Source: an uncultured virus (IMG/VR IMGVR_UViG_3300033076_001104) (taxonomy: Duplodnaviria > Heunggongvirae > Uroviricota > Caudoviricetes). Taken from it: a stretch of 62,485 nt of DNA. The notes under the pieces are model-generated. The model made no database searches, had not been told where the DNA came from, and worked only from the letters and a program-made list of their open reading frames with translations. The stretch is from IMG/VR virus record IMGVR_UViG_3300033076_001104; one strand, given 5' to 3'. The position numbers and the translations under genes are program-made. Shown piece by piece: positions 1-9,596 of this stretch; position 1 is the first letter of the stretch, and every line of letters starts with the position of its first letter.

Positions 1-1007
1 GTTGCCATATACATCATTTGGAACGGGTCACCTAATGAGCCAACCGCACCACCTAACACCTGTAAATTCGCAGCCAAATCAATTGCACCTTCAGGACTTA
101 ATACTTTATCTGCAACAGTAAATGCAGACTCCATACTCATTCTAAATTCAGTTGCCTTACGAACCATAGATGCTAATCCCTGAACTCCGTTTTGGAAACC
201 GTATTCGTTTATTTTACCTATATTTTTTTGTAATTCTGCGGTGGTTGTTCTTGTATTTAAACCTAAGGTTAATGCAGACTTACCTGATTCATTTATATTT
301 TGTAATGTTTTTTCGGCCCCGACACCAATATCTCCAAATTGTTTTAATATTGGTCCCATATCTCTCATGTCACCAATAAACGCTCTCGATGTTACGGACA
401 TGTCCTCCATAACTTTTTCACTCAACGTATAAAATCTTCCTGTTGCTTCAGTTGCAGATATTGCGGTTTCCATTACATCATCCATGGAATAACCCATACC
501 CGCAGCGGCGTCTGATGCACCTATAATATTATCTCTATAACCTCGAGATAATTCACCAGCAATACCTATTTGTGAATTTAATTTGTTTCTTAATTCAACT
601 TCTTTGGTTAAAATATCAACACCACCACTAAGTACTGTAGAGAATATGGTACTAAATGTAGTTTTAATACCTTCCAAAAATCCACCTTGTTTACCAAAAA
701 ACGCAGAACCTAATTTAACTGCATAGTCTTCAACATCTTTAGGTGTTACCAATGCAGAAACGTTACTTTGTTTGAAATCTTGTATTCCACCCACACTTAC
801 ACCTCCAAGTGCGGAACCTATACCTGAACCACTACCCGTTTTTTTCTTAACCTCTGATAGGTCTGTGTTATAATAATTCCAATATGTGTCAACACTACCT
901 AATAATGTCGGATTTTTTTCTACTTCCGGTATTTTTGCAAATGCAACTTTAAATTGGTCTGATGTTAAACCTTTTCGTAATTTGCCGACTTCATCAATTA
1001 GTGCCAT
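1..1007 (-). CDS. Tape measure protein (N-terminal part; the gene runs off the left edge; not in ORF track)
   Basis: Open frame from ATG at 1007 (MALIDEVGKLRKGL...GFQNGVQGLASMVRKATEFRMSM...GAIDLAANLQVLGGAVGSLGDPFQMMYMAT) to the window edge. Ala/Gly-rich helical composition; lies directly after sheath-tube-chaperone; TATTTATA motif upstream. Confidence 0.75.
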   Translation of the reverse strand, partial: MALIDEVGKLRKGLTSDQFKVAFAKIPEVEKNPTLLGSVDTYWNYYNTDLSEVKKKTGSGSGIGSALGGVSVGGIQDFKQSNVSALVTPKDVEDYAVKLGSAFFGKQGGFLEGIKTTFSTIFSTVLSGGVDILTKEVELRNKLNSQIGIAGELSRGYRDNIIGASDAAAGMGYSMDDVMETAISATEATGRFYTLSEKVMEDMSVTSRAFIGDMRDMGPILKQFGDIGVGAEKTLQNINESGKSALTLGLNTRTTTAELQKNIGKINEYGFQNGVQGLASMVRKATEFRMSMESAFTVADKVLSPEGAIDLAANLQVLGGAVGSLGDPFQMMYMA

Positions 1008-1032
1008 TATTTGTTTTTACTTATAAATAGAT

Positions 1033-1189
1033 TTAATTACTATTTTCCAACTCAATCATGTAGTTGATATAGTATCTTCTAATATAAATAGGCATATTAA
1101 GAATATCTCTATATGAGAATCCTCTTTTAACTAGATATAAAATTTCGTCTAGTTGTGTTTTACTATAATCCGTAGAAAGGGCGAAAAAA
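1033..1189 (-). CDS. Start-less +1-frame ORF, probable frameshift extension of the tail assembly chaperone (T4 gp51-like / lambda T-like segment)
   Basis: The +1 frame reads FFALSTDYSKTQLDEILYLVKRGFSYRDILNMPIYIRRYYINYMIELENSN*. An in-frame TAG lies just upstream, there is no ATG/GTG/TTG before codon 30, and the frame opens at GAG TTT TTT CGC near the end of the 1163..1912 gene. Confidence 0.7.
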
Positions 1190-1912
1190 CTCGACCCCGA
1201 ATCCTATCTCAATTTGTACGGACTCTCCTGACGGGGATTTTACAGTTTTTTTAAGGTCTAATGATGGTTTGTTTTCTTTGACAAATTTTCTAAAATCTTG
1301 AGAGTCTTTAATTGGTAGATTTTGAACAAAATTATGTATGTTCATCATTTCTTTGTTACCTGCAACAGATTTAATCATCATCTCAAGTTCTTTGGTTACA
1401 ATTGGTGCAACACCATTACCATTCCAACTTTTTTCGATTTCATCTAAATCCTTTTGTTGTTTTTTTGTTAAAAATTTAAAAGTAATATCTACTTTGGATT
1501 TCTCCATATAGTATTGGAACTCACCATTTTCATTTGGTGTTAAATTGAAGTCTTTGATTGTTAATTCACTTAAATCTACTTTAGTTGTAAATTGTTCATT
1601 TGTTTTTGGGTCAGTCACATAAACATTGAATTCGGAACCAAATGCGGTGTTTCTTAAAAATATTAAAATCGCTTGTCTATCTTCATCAACTAATTCGTCC
1701 ACATTAATATCCTTATCCAAAACTTTACGTTTTAGTAATTCATCAACTACTGTGTTACTTTGAATTAAGTTTTGTGCTGCTAAGATGTTTTCATCTGCTG
1801 CTGTTAGATATGCAACTCTAACTGATTTTTTTTGATTTGAGTAATAAATTCCTTTACTAGGTAATTCTACTACATCATACGCAATTGTTGGGTCTACTAC
1901 AAATTGTTCCAT
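1163..1912 (-). CDS. T4 gp26-like baseplate hub subunit / tail assembly chaperone
   Basis: ELPSKG..Y, YLTAADENIL, D..AILIFLR..AFG and C-terminal GVEFFRP motifs; position between tail tube and tape measure. Confidence 0.75.
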   Translation of the reverse strand: MEQFVVDPTIAYDVVELPSKGIYYSNQKKSVRVAYLTAADENILAAQNLIQSNTVVDELLKRKVLDKDINVDELVDEDRQAILIFLRNTAFGSEFNVYVTDPKTNEQFTTKVDLSELTIKDFNLTPNENGEFQYYMEKSKVDITFKFLTKKQQKDLDEIEKSWNGNGVAPIVTKELEMMIKSVAGNKEMMNIHNFVQNLPIKDSQDFRKFVKENKPSLDLKKTVKSPSGESVQIEIGFGVEFFRPFYGL

Positions 1913-1957
1913 ACTTGAAATATATTAAATAATTATTCAATTGTAAAGTTTTTAAAT

Positions 1958-1984
1958 AAAAAAGGTATCCTTTTGGGATACCTT
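1958..1984 (-). terminator. Intrinsic terminator after tail tube gene
   Basis: Minus strand GGTATCC-CAAAA-GGATACC hairpin followed by a T-run. Confidence 0.8.
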
Positions 1985-2005
1985 CTTGACAGATTTTTTA
2001 TTATT

Positions 2006-2494
2006 TTAGTATACTTGAATACATCTATCCATTCTTAAAGAACAAGTGATTGTGGCAATCTCATCTCTAGAATAATCTAATTCACCAAAGTTTAAATCGG
2101 TAATAAATGTACCTTGTAATATCCATTTTTCAACCACAACTCCTGTTGGGTCTAACATTTCTAATTCAATATCTTTTTTATAACCAGCAGCATAACCCAT
2201 TCTACCTGTTACTGATTCTGCATGTAAACGGAACCACTCCATTAACGCTTGAGACGCTGAAGGTCCAATTGGGTCTTTAAATGTTACTCTCAATTCTTGC
2301 CATTCAAATCTACCCGCTACATATGTTGAAGTGTTTAAGAAAGGAATTGCCACTGAATTAATTTTCGCAGCTGGTCTAGCAGCTGATGTTACATACCATT
2401 CGTTGATACCCAATGATGATGGGAATCTTACGATAAATCGGTTTTGTCTTTTCGGCTCATAAGGAACCGGCATTTTCATTAATAAATCTGCCAT
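2006..2494 (-). CDS. Tail tube protein (T4 gp19-like)
   Basis: EPKRQNRF, AGRFEWQ, YKKDIELEMLDPTG..VEKW.LQG.F..DLNFGELDY pattern; directly downstream of sheath. Confidence 0.9.
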   Translation of the reverse strand: MADLLMKMPVPYEPKRQNRFIVRFPSSLGINEWYVTSAARPAAKINSVAIPFLNTSTYVAGRFEWQELRVTFKDPIGPSASQALMEWFRLHAESVTGRMGYAAGYKKDIELEMLDPTGVVVEKWILQGTFITDLNFGELDYSRDEIATITCSLRMDRCIQVY

Positions 2495-2616
2495 TTTGTA
2501 TTTGTTAAGTTTTTAGTTATTCTTATTCCTATAAATATATTCAATTCAAGAAATATTTTATTTTAAGAAATTTTCAGGTAATACTTGTTTTTGTCAAAAA
2601 AAAATGTTAGTTTTTT

Positions 2617-2694
2617 ACTAGTCCCAGTATCCAGTTCTAGAATATTTCTTTATTAATATATAAATACTAGCATAACTAGTTCTAGAATACTGGG
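2617..2694. repeat. CTAG-rich direct/inverted repeat block (candidate origin or protein-binding array)
   Basis: AGTTCTAGAATA direct repeat (2633-2644, 2678-2689); CCCAGTAT/ATACTGGG inverted pair (2623-2630, 2687-2694); five CTAG tetramers in about 70 bp around an AT-rich core. Confidence 0.6.
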
Positions 2695-2726
2695 TTGGAT
2701 ATAAAAATATAATTATTATAAAAAAT

Positions 2727-2742
2727 GGTTCCATGTGGAACA
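2727..2742. promoter_or_regulatory. parS-like palindrome
   Basis: GGTTCCATGTGGAACA differs at 2 of 16 positions from the parS variant TGTTCCACGTGGAACA; intergenic. Confidence 0.55.
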
Positions 2743-2776
2743 GGTTAGTCCACCTCTGAAAGGTGTCTCTATAAAC

Positions 2777-2809
2777 AAAAAAAGGTCCCTTTCGGGACCC
2801 TTTCTTTTT
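2777..2809 (-). terminator. Intrinsic terminator after tail sheath gene (possibly bidirectional)
   Basis: Minus strand GGTCCC-GAAA-GGGACC hairpin with T-runs on both strands. Confidence 0.85.
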
Positions 2810-2822
2810 ATTACATATGTGT

Positions 2823-5663
2823 TTAGATGTTCTCGAATGATGCTCCTGTTGGAGTAATGATGAACTCAACATCGATAAATTCAAGAGAACGAGTAGGTTT
2901 GATGTAGATTTTACCTCTAAGTGTATTTGCATCAATATCTTCTGGATCATTTGATACTGCCACACGGAAATCGTATAAACCTCTTTCTTTCTTAATTGAT
3001 TCCAAAATTGGATTAACTAATCTCAAGAATTCATTTCTTACTTGTTCGTCATTTTGTTCAAATAACAATCTAACCGCAACCGCTGAAATTAATTTTCTAG
3101 CTCTTAATAATAATCTTCTTACGTTGATTCTATCAAGTGCGGATTCTCTAACTTGTAATGTTTTGTTACCCCAAATAATGGTACCAGTATCTGAGAATGT
3201 TGCAATTGGGTTAATTCTTGCCTTATATAAGTCATCTCTCTCGTCAAGAGTAAGTTTTTTGTATGCTTTGATTGCGTTTACTAAACCTCTTGAGTAACCA
3301 GCGACTGCGAACCAAGGATATGAAACGTTATCAGTCAATGCAATGTTCTTAACAACTTCACCTGTTGGTGGTATGTATAATTGTGTTCCGTTGTCACCGT
3401 CCTTAACTTGAATCCAAGGCCAATATGTTGCAGAGTAGTTAGTATCTAAACCAGCTAAATCTAAATCATCAATAATTTCATTCGCAGTTGTTACGTTTGG
3501 TGAGTTAATGATGTATAATGAATCCGCTCTGTCGTTTTCAACCATATCAATTGCTTGAGTTACCAAAGATGAATGATTATGGAAATCAATACCTGGTGTT
3601 GCAAATACGTTAATATCAACCGCCTCAGGATTTGAGAATGTATTGATACCTTGTAAGTATGAATAATAATCTGAGTTACCTACAGTATTACTGAAAACAC
3701 CACCATTTGTTGTGTGGTTACTTACATATGTTGGTTTTCCAAAAATGTAAGCGTCTCCGTTAGTTCTAACTGTTCTATAGATATCCCAACCATCGAAACC
3801 ACCAAATACTGCGAAAGTAAATTTACGGTTACCAATGTTTGTTAAACCACCTTTATCTGTTCCTTCTAAATCATATGGTGTACATTGATAAGATGTACTA
3901 GTAATTGAAGATGCGTTTGTTGATAAGTGGAAACCAAATGTTTCAGTTGATGCACCTAAACCTTTGTATTTCAATAAATCTTTATCGAAACCAACTTGAG
4001 ATGATAAACCTAAAGAAACTTTTCTGATTTTATCTCCACTTGATAACACAGGTGTACCATTTGATTCGTATGAAACAACGTCACCAGCTGTGTAGTATTC
4101 AGTTTTATACATCACACTACCTAATTTACTAGAACCACTTCCAAATGAACCATTGTTTTTAAATCCTTTGAAACCAGCAGGGAATGCATCTGTTGGATGA
4201 TTGTCCGCCATTGATAACATGATGAATTTAGAACGTAATTCATATTGACCGTCAGATGTACCTACCTTTTTACCTACGAAACCTGGTAAATCAGGATTCA
4301 TATTACATCTTGTGAATTTCTCTAATACAACGATGTTGTCATCGGTATCATTGAAATCTCTAACAACGATATCAAAATCACCATTATCTAAATCGATATT
4401 TTGAATTGTTACTTTAACTTGATAGTTTGCCGCCTCACCGTCTGAAATTGTAATAACTTCGAATAAGTCTGCAACTTCACCACCACGAACTTCAGAAACA
4501 ACCATTGGAGAAATTGTTGTATCCCATTGTCCAACGAAATTGTTACCATCTGTTTCAGAAATTACAGTTGTACTTAAACCTCTGATTAATCCCTTATCAT
4601 ATGCAACCTTTAGAAGATTTGAATAAACTTCGTGTACATAAACAGGGAAATCTGATTTATCTTTATCTGCAACATCACTACCTAAAACTTTAGTAATATA
4701 TTTTGTTGATGTTGAATCTAATGAACATGTGTATGATTTTGCACCACCTGTTGCACCTGTTACACTTAATGTGAATTCAGATAACGGGTTATTAATTAAT
4801 CCATCTCCTGAAATTGAAATATTAGTAGATGATGTTACTTCTAAATTTAAAGTTTGACCAACATATGAACCTCTCGATCTTAATGCTGCAACTATTACGT
4901 TATCATAGTCAGTATTAAGAGATGCATCATATGAATATCTTGTTACGTCAAATTCAGTACCATTCCACACAAAAAGATATGAATATACAACAGTATATGA
5001 TGGTGCAATGTTAAAGAAAACATTATACCATTCTTTTTGGTGATTTGATGAATCATTATAAACACCTGTTAATGGTGATGAAACTTCTAACGATGCATTT
5101 TGTGATGATACATCATTTGCATCTGTTTTACCGATTACAAACCACGTACCGGTTTCACCTGTAGTATATCCACTAAAATTCTGTTCTATATAATCAGTGA
5201 TTGACACGCCATCAAATGCGGTCTTTCCTGATAATTCATCAAAAAATGGTGATGTTGATGCATTGTTTGGATCAAACACATCTCCTGATGTTCCAATTAT
5301 AGATGATAAATCTACTGTAATACCTCCTAATGTCTTAACACCGAAAGTTTTATTTGGTTTATATCCAGTTAATCCCAATACTCTTGTAACGAATAATTGA
5401 TTTGATTCTTGTAGATACGATTTTGCAACGTATGGTAATTCATATTTTGGATTTCCGTTACCATCCTTTACAGGAGAAGTAGGACCGAAATATGTCTTAA
5501 ACTCATCAAAATTGCTAATTAAGATTGGTTCGAAAGCTGGACCTTTTAATGTTTCACCGACTAAACCTAGTGTCGTAACACCCACACTTTGAGCCACAAA
5601 TGTTAAATCTTTCTCTGATGTGTAAACTCCAGGAGAAACGAAAACTCTGTTTGAACTTGCCAT
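2823..5663 (-). CDS. Tail sheath protein (T4 gp18-like)
   Basis: N-terminal FVSPGVYTSEKDL and GETLKGPAFEP; C-terminal YPWFAVAGYSRG, RINPI, WGNKTLQ, ALDRINVRRLL, KPTRSLEFI. Confidence 0.95.
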   Translation of the reverse strand: MASSNRVFVSPGVYTSEKDLTFVAQSVGVTTLGLVGETLKGPAFEPILISNFDEFKTYFGPTSPVKDGNGNPKYELPYVAKSYLQESNQLFVTRVLGLTGYKPNKTFGVKTLGGITVDLSSIIGTSGDVFDPNNASTSPFFDELSGKTAFDGVSITDYIEQNFSGYTTGETGTWFVIGKTDANDVSSQNASLEVSSPLTGVYNDSSNHQKEWYNVFFNIAPSYTVVYSYLFVWNGTEFDVTRYSYDASLNTDYDNVIVAALRSRGSYVGQTLNLEVTSSTNISISGDGLINNPLSEFTLSVTGATGGAKSYTCSLDSTSTKYITKVLGSDVADKDKSDFPVYVHEVYSNLLKVAYDKGLIRGLSTTVISETDGNNFVGQWDTTISPMVVSEVRGGEVADLFEVITISDGEAANYQVKVTIQNIDLDNGDFDIVVRDFNDTDDNIVVLEKFTRCNMNPDLPGFVGKKVGTSDGQYELRSKFIMLSMADNHPTDAFPAGFKGFKNNGSFGSGSSKLGSVMYKTEYYTAGDVVSYESNGTPVLSSGDKIRKVSLGLSSQVGFDKDLLKYKGLGASTETFGFHLSTNASSITSTSYQCTPYDLEGTDKGGLTNIGNRKFTFAVFGGFDGWDIYRTVRTNGDAYIFGKPTYVSNHTTNGGVFSNTVGNSDYYSYLQGINTFSNPEAVDINVFATPGIDFHNHSSLVTQAIDMVENDRADSLYIINSPNVTTANEIIDDLDLAGLDTNYSATYWPWIQVKDGDNGTQLYIPPTGEVVKNIALTDNVSYPWFAVAGYSRGLVNAIKAYKKLTLDERDDLYKARINPIATFSDTGTIIWGNKTLQVRESALDRINVRRLLLRARKLISAVAVRLLFEQNDEQVRNEFLRLVNPILESIKKERGLYDFRVAVSNDPEDIDANTLRGKIYIKPTRSLEFIDVEFIITPTGASFENI

Positions 5664-5788
5664 TGAATAATGTTTGGTTAAATAATTTATTACTTTTCAT
5701 ATAAATATCTTTGTTTTTATGAAAGATTTCCGTAATTTTCATTAAATAGATATTTATTTATCTATTATTATCCTTATTTATCTTTACT

Positions 5789-5944
5789 ATGGAGAACAAA
5801 ACGAAAAACGTCAAAATAAGTGAGAAACATCACGAAATACTGAAAAAGTATTGCGACGAGAAAGGAATCAAAATTTATAAAATTTTGGAGAAATTGATTG
5901 AAGATAATTGTAAACCTAAGAAAAAGGACCTCTATGGTGAATAA
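5789..5944 (+). CDS. Small ribbon-helix-helix-like DNA-binding protein, 51 aa (not in ORF track)
   Basis: MENKTKNVKISEKHHEILKKYCDEKGIKIYKILEKLIEDNCKPKKKDLYGE*: alternating beta strand (KNVKIS), helix, G turn, helix, as in CopG/Arc-type proteins. Divergent from the sheath gene. Confidence 0.7.
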   Translation: MENKTKNVKISEKHHEILKKYCDEKGIKIYKILEKLIEDNCKPKKKDLYGE

Positions 5945-7198
5945 TTAATACAAATAGGTAACACCAATTTTTGAACCTAAGACAGGTTCACCTTGAAGTG
6001 TAATTTCTCTTTGACCTGTAATTTCAAAACCACCACCCTCTTCTTCGACAAGACCATTAATGTCCAAAACAACAACACTATCAATAAAATTTTGAACCAT
6101 GAATTTTACTGAGGTTCCATCATATGTGAAATATTCTGTTGCAACTTGAATCGGTCTACCATATGTGTCAACAATTACACTATTTTTACCTTTATGGTAA
6201 GTTATTGTGACATTACTATTTTCAAATGGTGGGTCAACAAATGTAATTTTTGATGTTCCTGCAACATGGTAATAATCTACATCTCTTTCTTGTACTAAAC
6301 CATTAATTGAAACACTAAACAAAACGGATATAGTTTCACCCACACTAAATGCCGTCTGCATTCCGTCGGATTTAAATGTTGTGATTGTAATATCGATTGT
6401 TTTATTAATATATTTTTTTTGGAAATTTCCACTTTGGATGAATTCGTTCATAAGAAATAATCTACTTAACGCGGGTTTCACTTCAAATTCTTCACTATCA
6501 ATTAATATACCTAAAAGAGTGAACTTATAGTTTTGTATGTAAAATCTACGACCATCTATTGACTCCATAGGTGTATTATCATCAATACCATCCAAAATAA
6601 TTGGAATATAATGACCTTTAATTGTGGTATACGCTTGTCTTGACGAGAATTTTTGTAAAACAATTTTATTAAATTTATTTAAATCTCTAAATTTTGTACA
6701 AACAATTGTTACCTCGTAAGATATGTCAATTGCAACGGGTTGTGGCATTTTGTAAACATCGGCACCCATTTGTGTTCCGTTCCACGTTGGTACGGACGCA
6801 TAATAAAACGTACTTCTGTCGGGTATTGTTCTTTGTATTGATGGGTGTGTACCCGGTTGAGCATCAGGTTTTCTAATCACCGCAACAAATGGTAATTTAA
6901 TATTTCCATCATCATCACTAAACTGCCAGTTATTGGTAAACTCTCCCCATCTTTGAATTGTCATTATTTTGGGAATAATTGGGATATTTTCACCGTCACT
7001 AACAACTTTGAAATTTTTCTTTACGAAATCGAGCATACCCCCATCCAAGTCATCATGAAGAATGGAATCGGGTAAATAAGAATCCGATTTTGTTATTCTA
7101 TCTAATAACTCCTGTCTCCTCTCAAGTATTCTTTGACCTTGATAGTATTCTTTGTTTCCGTAAACGTCAATGTCGTTTTTTCTTTTTGGGATACCCAT
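5945..7198 (-). CDS. Tail completion / sheath terminator protein (T4 gp15-like) with C-terminal beta-rich extension
   Basis: YKMPQPVAIDISYEVTI..TK segment resembles gp15. Start moved to MGIPKRK (7198), just after the stop of the upstream neck gene. Confidence 0.6.
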   Translation of the reverse strand: MGIPKRKNDIDVYGNKEYYQGQRILERRQELLDRITKSDSYLPDSILHDDLDGGMLDFVKKNFKVVSDGENIPIIPKIMTIQRWGEFTNNWQFSDDDGNIKLPFVAVIRKPDAQPGTHPSIQRTIPDRSTFYYASVPTWNGTQMGADVYKMPQPVAIDISYEVTIVCTKFRDLNKFNKIVLQKFSSRQAYTTIKGHYIPIILDGIDDNTPMESIDGRRFYIQNYKFTLLGILIDSEEFEVKPALSRLFLMNEFIQSGNFQKKYINKTIDITITTFKSDGMQTAFSVGETISVLFSVSINGLVQERDVDYYHVAGTSKITFVDPPFENSNVTITYHKGKNSVIVDTYGRPIQVATEYFTYDGTSVKFMVQNFIDSVVVLDINGLVEEEGGGFEITGQREITLQGEPVLGSKIGVTYLY

Positions 7199-7199
7199 A

Positions 7200-7712
7200 T
7201 TATACTCCTCTAAATTCGGTTTCTTGTGCTGGTGCACATGTTATTGTTCTATAATGTGGTTTATAACCAAACATTTTGTGTTTGTTATCTGATGTAATTC
7301 TTCCATCATTGGTCACAGTATAAAATCTTAATTTGTTTTCAGAATCAGGATACCCAATAAAATCACCATATCTAATATCAACATTAAGTTCGTTTAAATG
7401 TGTGATATAAACCGATAATGTAAGATTACCCGGTTCCAAGTACCTCATAACTCCAGCCTTATATGTACTATTTTTTGGTTCATCAATTTTAACCAAGGCA
7501 TTGAATTCAATAGGTGGGAAAAATTTAATTTCATCCTTACCAACCTCAGCATATATTGAATCGGTGTCCGTTTTAGTTCTATCTACTCGATAAAGAACCA
7601 ATTTCATATTCAAGTCTCCATGTAGATACTCTTGACCCATCTGTATATTGATGTCAAAGTCGTCTTGAGAAAAGAATTTCGATAGTCTGGTTATAGGTAC
7701 CTTGTTTTTCAT
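7200..7712 (-). CDS. Neck / head-closure protein (T4 gp14-like)
   Basis: VLYRVD..KT..DSIYAE..K.F.PPIE, GDFIGY motifs; gp13-gp14-gp15 gene order. Confidence 0.6.
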   Translation of the reverse strand: MKNKVPITRLSKFFSQDDFDINIQMGQEYLHGDLNMKLVLYRVDRTKTDTDSIYAEVGKDEIKFFPPIEFNALVKIDEPKNSTYKAGVMRYLEPGNLTLSVYITHLNELNVDIRYGDFIGYPDSENKLRFYTVTNDGRITSDNKHKMFGYKPHYRTITCAPAQETEFRGV

Positions 7713-7762
7713 ATTACTATAAATAGTTTAATATTTCAATCTAATTATTTATATTTTAAATA

Positions 7763-9517
7763 ATGAGTACTATGAATATACCTGAAGTTGAAGCCAGGGA
7801 GATTTTATTTACCTACGAGGGTTCTAATAATCAATTATTAGAATGGAAACGTAAATTCATGGAGGTTAAGAATTTTAAATTAACACGTCCACAGGCTGAC
7901 TATGTCTTAAAATATAAAGACACAACACCTAAAATTGCAAGAAAATACATAAACATAGTTTCAACTTTCGGGGAAAAACTAATGGATGAAAGATTATTAA
8001 CTACTCCTGTTGAAAAAATATGGTGTGAAAAATTATTATGTGAAAGTGATAAGGCATACCATATTTGGGGTAAAATGATTGAATCTGATAAACTATCATC
8101 ATTTTGGTTACCTAAAGCGGCGGTTGTTCAACCCGAGAAAAAATTAAATAGAATAGTTGATTATACACCTTACTCAACAAGACCTCCGATGGACCATCAA
8201 AAATTTGCAATTGAGAAATTACTTGCGAATGATAAATTCATTCTTGCGGATGACATGGGTCTCGGTAAAACAACATCCGCAGTTATTGCTGCATTAGAGA
8301 GTGGTGCCAGAAAAGTTCTAATTGTTTGTCCCGCCTCTTTGAAAATAAATTGGGAAAGGGAGATTAGAAACTATAGTGATAAGAAAATATTAATTGTTGA
8401 AGGTAGAAAATGGGGACACACATTTGATTTTTACATTATAAATTATGATATAATTAAAAATTACCACACAACAGATAAGAGTGAGGATAGTGATGATTAT
8501 AAATTATTAGTCAACACTAATTTTGATTTAGCAATTGTTGATGAAGCACATTATATCTCAAACGCAACAGCAAATAGAACTCGTTTATTAAATGATGTAC
8601 TTGAAACAATACCTAAAGTTTGGTTATTAACTGGTACACCCATGACATCAAGACCAATCAATTATTTTAATTTACTTAAAATTGTCGACTCACCACTCAC
8701 TTTAAATTGGCAAACATATGTAAAGAGATATTGTAAAGGTTTCCAATTTAAAGTAGGTAATAGAAAAGTATGGAACACAAGTGGTGCAAGTAATTTGGAT
8801 GAACTTCGTGAACGTACAAAAAATGTTGTACTTCGTAGAATGAAAACAGATATTCTTGATTTACCTGAAAAATTAGTAACACCTGTATTCTTAGAATTAA
8901 CGAGTAAAATGTATGATGAGGAGTTAGAAGAATTTACAAGAATCAGTAAAGAGAAAAAAGACGAAGATACCATTAGTATCACTTTGAATCGTCTAATGAA
9001 AGTTAGACAACTCATTTCTTATGAAAAAATTCCATATACGTGTGAGTTAATTGATAAATGTATTGAACAAGGAAAAAAAGTAATTGTACTAACAAACTTT
9101 ACAATGACTCTTGATATGTTACATGAAAAATATAAAAAGACTTCAGTAACATTAGATGGACGTATGTCTAAAGATAGAAGACAAGAATCGGTAGATAGAT
9201 TTCAAAATGAAGATAAAATAAAAGTATTCATTGGTAACATTAAAGCTGCGGGTGTTGGTATCACATTAACCGCGGCCGAGGTTGTTATTATGAATGACTT
9301 ATCTTTTGTTCCTGCAGATCACTCACAAGGCGAAGATAGAGCATATCGTTATGGGCAAAAAAATAGTGTTCTTGTTTATTATCCCGTATTTGAAAATACA
9401 ATTGAAAAGGTTATTTATAATATTCTCCAAAAGAAAAAGGAAATTATTGACCAAGTTATGGGAGACGGTGAGTTTTCCGAGTCATTTGGTAAGGATTTAC
9501 TGAAAGAATTGTTTTAA
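7763..9517 (+). CDS. SNF2-family (SF2) helicase/translocase
   Basis: ILADDMGLGKT (Walker A), VCPASLK.NW, DEAH, LLTGTP, RRMK, AAGVGITLT, QGEDRAYRYGQ. Confidence 0.93.
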   Translation: MSTMNIPEVEAREILFTYEGSNNQLLEWKRKFMEVKNFKLTRPQADYVLKYKDTTPKIARKYINIVSTFGEKLMDERLLTTPVEKIWCEKLLCESDKAYHIWGKMIESDKLSSFWLPKAAVVQPEKKLNRIVDYTPYSTRPPMDHQKFAIEKLLANDKFILADDMGLGKTTSAVIAALESGARKVLIVCPASLKINWEREIRNYSDKKILIVEGRKWGHTFDFYIINYDIIKNYHTTDKSEDSDDYKLLVNTNFDLAIVDEAHYISNATANRTRLLNDVLETIPKVWLLTGTPMTSRPINYFNLLKIVDSPLTLNWQTYVKRYCKGFQFKVGNRKVWNTSGASNLDELRERTKNVVLRRMKTDILDLPEKLVTPVFLELTSKMYDEELEEFTRISKEKKDEDTISITLNRLMKVRQLISYEKIPYTCELIDKCIEQGKKVIVLTNFTMTLDMLHEKYKKTSVTLDGRMSKDRRQESVDRFQNEDKIKVFIGNIKAAGVGITLTAAEVVIMNDLSFVPADHSQGEDRAYRYGQKNSVLVYYPVFENTIEKVIYNILQKKKEIIDQVMGDGEFSESFGKDLLKELF

Positions 9518-9550
9518 TTTTTTTATTTGATTTATTTTTTGTATATTAGT

Positions 9551-9596
9551 GTTTGAAAGGCGAACTGTGGATAGTCCACAAGCTAATATGTCAAAC
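9551..9596 (+). promoter_or_regulatory. Structured 5' leader of the DNA polymerase gene (candidate translational operator)
   Basis: Nested stems GTTTGA/TCAAAC, GGC/GCT and TGTGGA-TAG-TCCACA ending 16 nt before the likely ATG at 9613. Confidence 0.5.

Noticed and set aside
2618..2965. 115-aa minus-strand ORF overlapping the sheath 3' end
   Set aside because: It runs out of frame over the sheath gene, through a terminator and the palindrome block; composition is not protein-like.
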